Shown: positions 61,169-64,000 of the stretch, piece by piece | Position numbering within the stretch: position 1 is the stretch's first letter | How the letters are laid out: every line of letters begins with the position of its first letter | Assembly: GCA_051599415.1 (NCBI GenBank) | Contig: AP039715.1 | Location: 124,001-188,000 of the forward strand | Reading direction: 5' to 3' | DNA from: Savitreella phatthalungensis | Taxonomy: Eukaryota | DNA: 64,000 nt | Made by a program: the position numbers and the translations under genes | Notes under the pieces: generated by a model | Database searches by the model: none | What the model saw: only the letters and a program-made list of their open reading frames with translations | What the model was told of the DNA's origin: nothing

Positions 61169-61224
61169 GAGTGAGTGAGTGAGTGAGTGAGTGAGTGAGT
61201 GAGTGAGTGAGTGAGTGAGTGAGT
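61169..61224. repeat. (GAGT)14 microsatellite
   Basis: Read directly. Confidence 0.97.
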
Positions 61225-61737
61225 GTGAAGCGTGTCTGATCAGTCTCCACCAATACACGCATACACAGCACACTTACCCTTGACCTTCAACACTTTCCAA
61301 CATCAAGATCGACCTCCATCAATCCTCATACTCCCCTTCTTCATCCTAGTCCTCTAGTGACTAGACAGAAAGAAAGGAAGCTTGAGCCATCAGTCTCAGA
61401 TTTCCCCAGACTCAAATTCCTTTTCTCTCTCAAATACAGGTCGGTTCACACAGACGCGCTCGACCCAAGCGATCACGTCTAAGCGCAATCCTTGAAGCTC
61501 GTCATTTGGAAGGGCGGACGTGGCTGAAACTTGACACTGTGAGTGAGTCTCAAGTATCGAGTCTGTCACAGACATACACAAAAGTCTCACAATCTTGCGT
61601 CTGTAGTGACGCCTCCGCATCTCTCACACAACCGCGAAACCTATTCCCGATTCCCCTGCCAACCAGCCAGCCAACACCACTGTCACCTGCCTTATCCTTC
61701 AGACGCCTGACAAAATCACCTTTTGCAACTGCCGGGT

Positions 61738-63636
61738 ATGGCAGACGGCTCACCGATGTCCACAGCAACTGTCACAACCACAACCACAACCACAACCCAT
61801 ACAGCTGATGGCTCTCTGAACAACAGCTCCGCGTCATTGGCACCTCTCACGGCTTCACCTCCTGCAGGTGATCCAGCCTCCACTAGACATCACAAGGCCA
61901 CCGGACAGATGTCTACAAGGCTAAAAAACCTTTTCAAGCTCAATCTTCGCGACAGATCAAGAGATCGCAGTGTCTCCAGCCCGAAGCCCTTGACACAACC
62001 TCTAGCAAGTCCGCCAGCTGCAGGCTCACGCGCAGTCTCGGGCGCAGGCACGCCGACCACAGTCAGTCCCACACCAGTCTATGCTACCCCTCCGGAGCGG
62101 CTCAGTCCTGCCACAACTCAAGATGGACCAGAAAAGGAGAATACGCTCGCCGTACCGAAGCCGCAGCTTCGACGTATCGCTTCTGCGCCGGATTCCAAAG
62201 CAATCCTCGCCCAAGAGTCCTCCAATACCGCTCCGCCACTGGCGGGCGATGAGGTAGATAGCGCTGCACTCACAGACGGAGACGATCTGCTGGAGGGCGA
62301 GGAATTTGACGACGAAAATACTGCTCCACTTTCCGCCAGTGTACCCATCGGCACCTCTACACGCGACCGTAAGAAAGGATTCCGGAGAACATACTCCAAC
62401 AACACACTCAGGAGCCGTGCAGTCGAAGTTGGACCTTCCTCGTTTGACAAGCTCAAATTACTCGGAAAGGGTGACGTAGGCAAGGTCTACCTCGTCAGAG
62501 AGAAGAAGACCAGCAGGCTGTACGCGATGAAGGTCCTCAGCAAATCTGAAATGATCAAGCGCAACAAGATCAAGCGCGTCCTTGCAGAGCAGGAGATTCT
62601 CGCCACTTCGAATCACCCCTTCATCGTCACTCTCCATCACTCCTTCCAGTCCGATGAGAATCTCTACCTTTGTATGGAGTATTGCATGGGAGGCGAGTTC
62701 TTCCGCGCCCTGCAAAGTCGACCAGGCAAATGTCTGCGCGAGGAGGATGCTCGTTTTTATGCAGCAGAAGTCACGGCCGCACTCGAGTATCTCCACCTTA
62801 TGGGATTCATCTACCGCGACCTGAAACCGGAGAACATCCTTCTTCATCACACAGGTCACATCATGTTGTCGGACTTTGACTTGTCAAAACAGTCAACCTC
62901 GCAAGGCGTTCCCGGCATGGTTGTATCTTCCAAAGGTACCTCGATCCACAGCCTTCCTGCAGTGGACACAAGGTCAGTGATAGCAAACTTCCGGACAAAC
63001 TCCTTTGTCGGCACGGAAGAGTACATTGCGCCAGAAGTTATCAACGGCAACGGGCACACTATTGCGGTCGATTGGTGGACGCTCGGCATCCTGCTGTATG
63101 AGATGCTCTACTCAACAACACCCTTCAAGGGCAAGAATCGCAATGCCACCTTTGCAAAAATCCTCAAGAACGATGTGCCGTTCCCGGAATCGCCGCTCGG
63201 GCAGAACGTCTCGTCGAACTGCAAGAATGCGATTCGTAAGCTGCTTACCAAGGACGAGCACCGTCGCCTCGGTTCAAAGGCGGGAGCGTCCGACGTCAAG
63301 AGTCTACCGTTCTTCAAGACGATCCAGTGGGCTCTCTTGCGACATACCAAGCCACCCATCATTCCCGCACCTGGCCGCGGTATCGAAGCCGTCAACTTCC
63401 GCACCATGAAGGAATCCGCTTCGATCGACATTTGCAATGCCGCCGCCATCACCTCAAACCTCCGAGGCGTGCCCATGGGAGCCCAGACACCTTCTCACAC
63501 ACTCGAATTCGACCCTTTCACCTCCTTCAACTCCATCACACTCCATCACGACTATGACGACTCCTCACGTCAACACATCGACCATGAGCATCTCCAACGC
63601 CAGCAAAACGCATCCTCACGAGGCGACTCTAGTTGA
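61738..63636 (+). CDS. AGC Ser/Thr kinase of the Fpk1/Kin82/Nrc-2 (flippase kinase) family
   Basis: [37 protein letters not shown] (DFD variant), [15 protein letters not shown]. Confidence 0.93.
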   Translation: MADGSPMSTATVTTTTTTTTHTADGSLNNSSASLAPLTASPPAGDPASTRHHKATGQMSTRLKNLFKLNLRDRSRDRSVSSPKPLTQPLASPPAAGSRAVSGAGTPTTVSPTPVYATPPERLSPATTQDGPEKENTLAVPKPQLRRIASAPDSKAILAQESSNTAPPLAGDEVDSAALTDGDDLLEGEEFDDENTAPLSASVPIGTSTRDRKKGFRRTYSNNTLRSRAVEVGPSSFDKLKLLGKGDVGKVYLVREKKTSRLYAMKVLSKSEMIKRNKIKRVLAEQEILATSNHPFIVTLHHSFQSDENLYLCMEYCMGGEFFRALQSRPGKCLREEDARFYAAEVTAALEYLHLMGFIYRDLKPENILLHHTGHIMLSDFDLSKQSTSQGVPGMVVSSKGTSIHSLPAVDTRSVIANFRTNSFVGTEEYIAPEVINGNGHTIAVDWWTLGILLYEMLYSTTPFKGKNRNATFAKILKNDVPFPESPLGQNVSSNCKNAIRKLLTKDEHRRLGSKAGASDVKSLPFFKTIQWALLRHTKPPIIPAPGRGIEAVNFRTMKESASIDICNAAAITSNLRGVPMGAQTPSHTLEFDPFTSFNSITLHHDYDDSSRQHIDHEHLQRQQNASSRGDSS

Positions 63637-64000
63637 TCCGGTGGCGTGAAGGAGAAGTCGCGAAGGACAATTGAAGACGACGAAGGGTTGGAACTTTTTG
63701 TACAATTTGGTAGACTTGACGAGAACCGGATGAGCATCGATGATTGACGTTACCATGTCCTCTGACCTGCTACTTACTTGAGCCAGTCGGGCAAGTACTT
63801 GTTGCCAAGATAAAGCGAAGCGATGCAGAACAGCGCAACGATCACCGATGTCAGCGTCAGCATCATCACAGTCTGCATGTCCAATTGCTCTGTGGCCTGA
63901 GTGAACTCCCTCGTCTTTGGCATCGGTATCGGTTTCTTTGTCGTCGAGTCACTGATCTTATCTCCGCCTGACTTGTCTGCATTTCCAGAACTCGAGCTCT

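Noticed and set aside
1..64000. Intact transposon, viral or rRNA/snRNA genes
   Set aside because: No transposase, RT, integrase, LTR/TIR pair or U1/U2/U5/U6 signature motif recognised by eye

Overview
Eukaryotic, gene-dense, intron-poor fungal genomic DNA (lineage not determinable from the window alone; compactness, short introns with CTRAC/TACTAAC-type branch points and gene content are compatible with an early-diverging ascomycete such as Taphrinomycotina - inference). About 31 protein-coding genes: SLC12/Vhc1 3' end, RQC1, a divergent alpha-glucoside permease/GH13 alpha-glucosidase (MAL-like) pair, a GON7-like gene, a 2082-aa DNMT5 (C5-methyltransferase + SNF2 ATPase), HMT1, ERD1-like, VPS28, BUD32, a 2OG-Fe(II) oxygenase, DUF726, RDI1, POM34-like, gephyrin/CnxE, DszC-like monooxygenase, TOM20, EXO84, TSR4-like, EIF1AD, a 7TM protein, SSP120, a TBC GAP and an Fpk1/Nrc-2-type kinase, plus two spliced genes and an intron-containing tRNA-Ser(AGA) missed by the ORF track. 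The main surprises are non-coding: the large spacers hold heavily base-paired elements, including a strong telomerase-RNA candidate (minus strand, ~47.0/47.6-48.5 kb: boundary hairpin, UAACCCUAA template, vertebrate-like pseudoknot, core-enclosing helix, Sm site), a second telomerase-RNA-like fold with an ACCCUAAC template 20 kb away (27.26-27.75 kb) and an RNase MRP/P-like fold (40.5-40.9 kb). The DNMT5 carries an N-terminal PCNA PIP box and an MCB promoter element and sits near an orphan TFIIB-repeat-like protein ending in another PIP box. All RNA structures were paired by eye and need computational confirmation.
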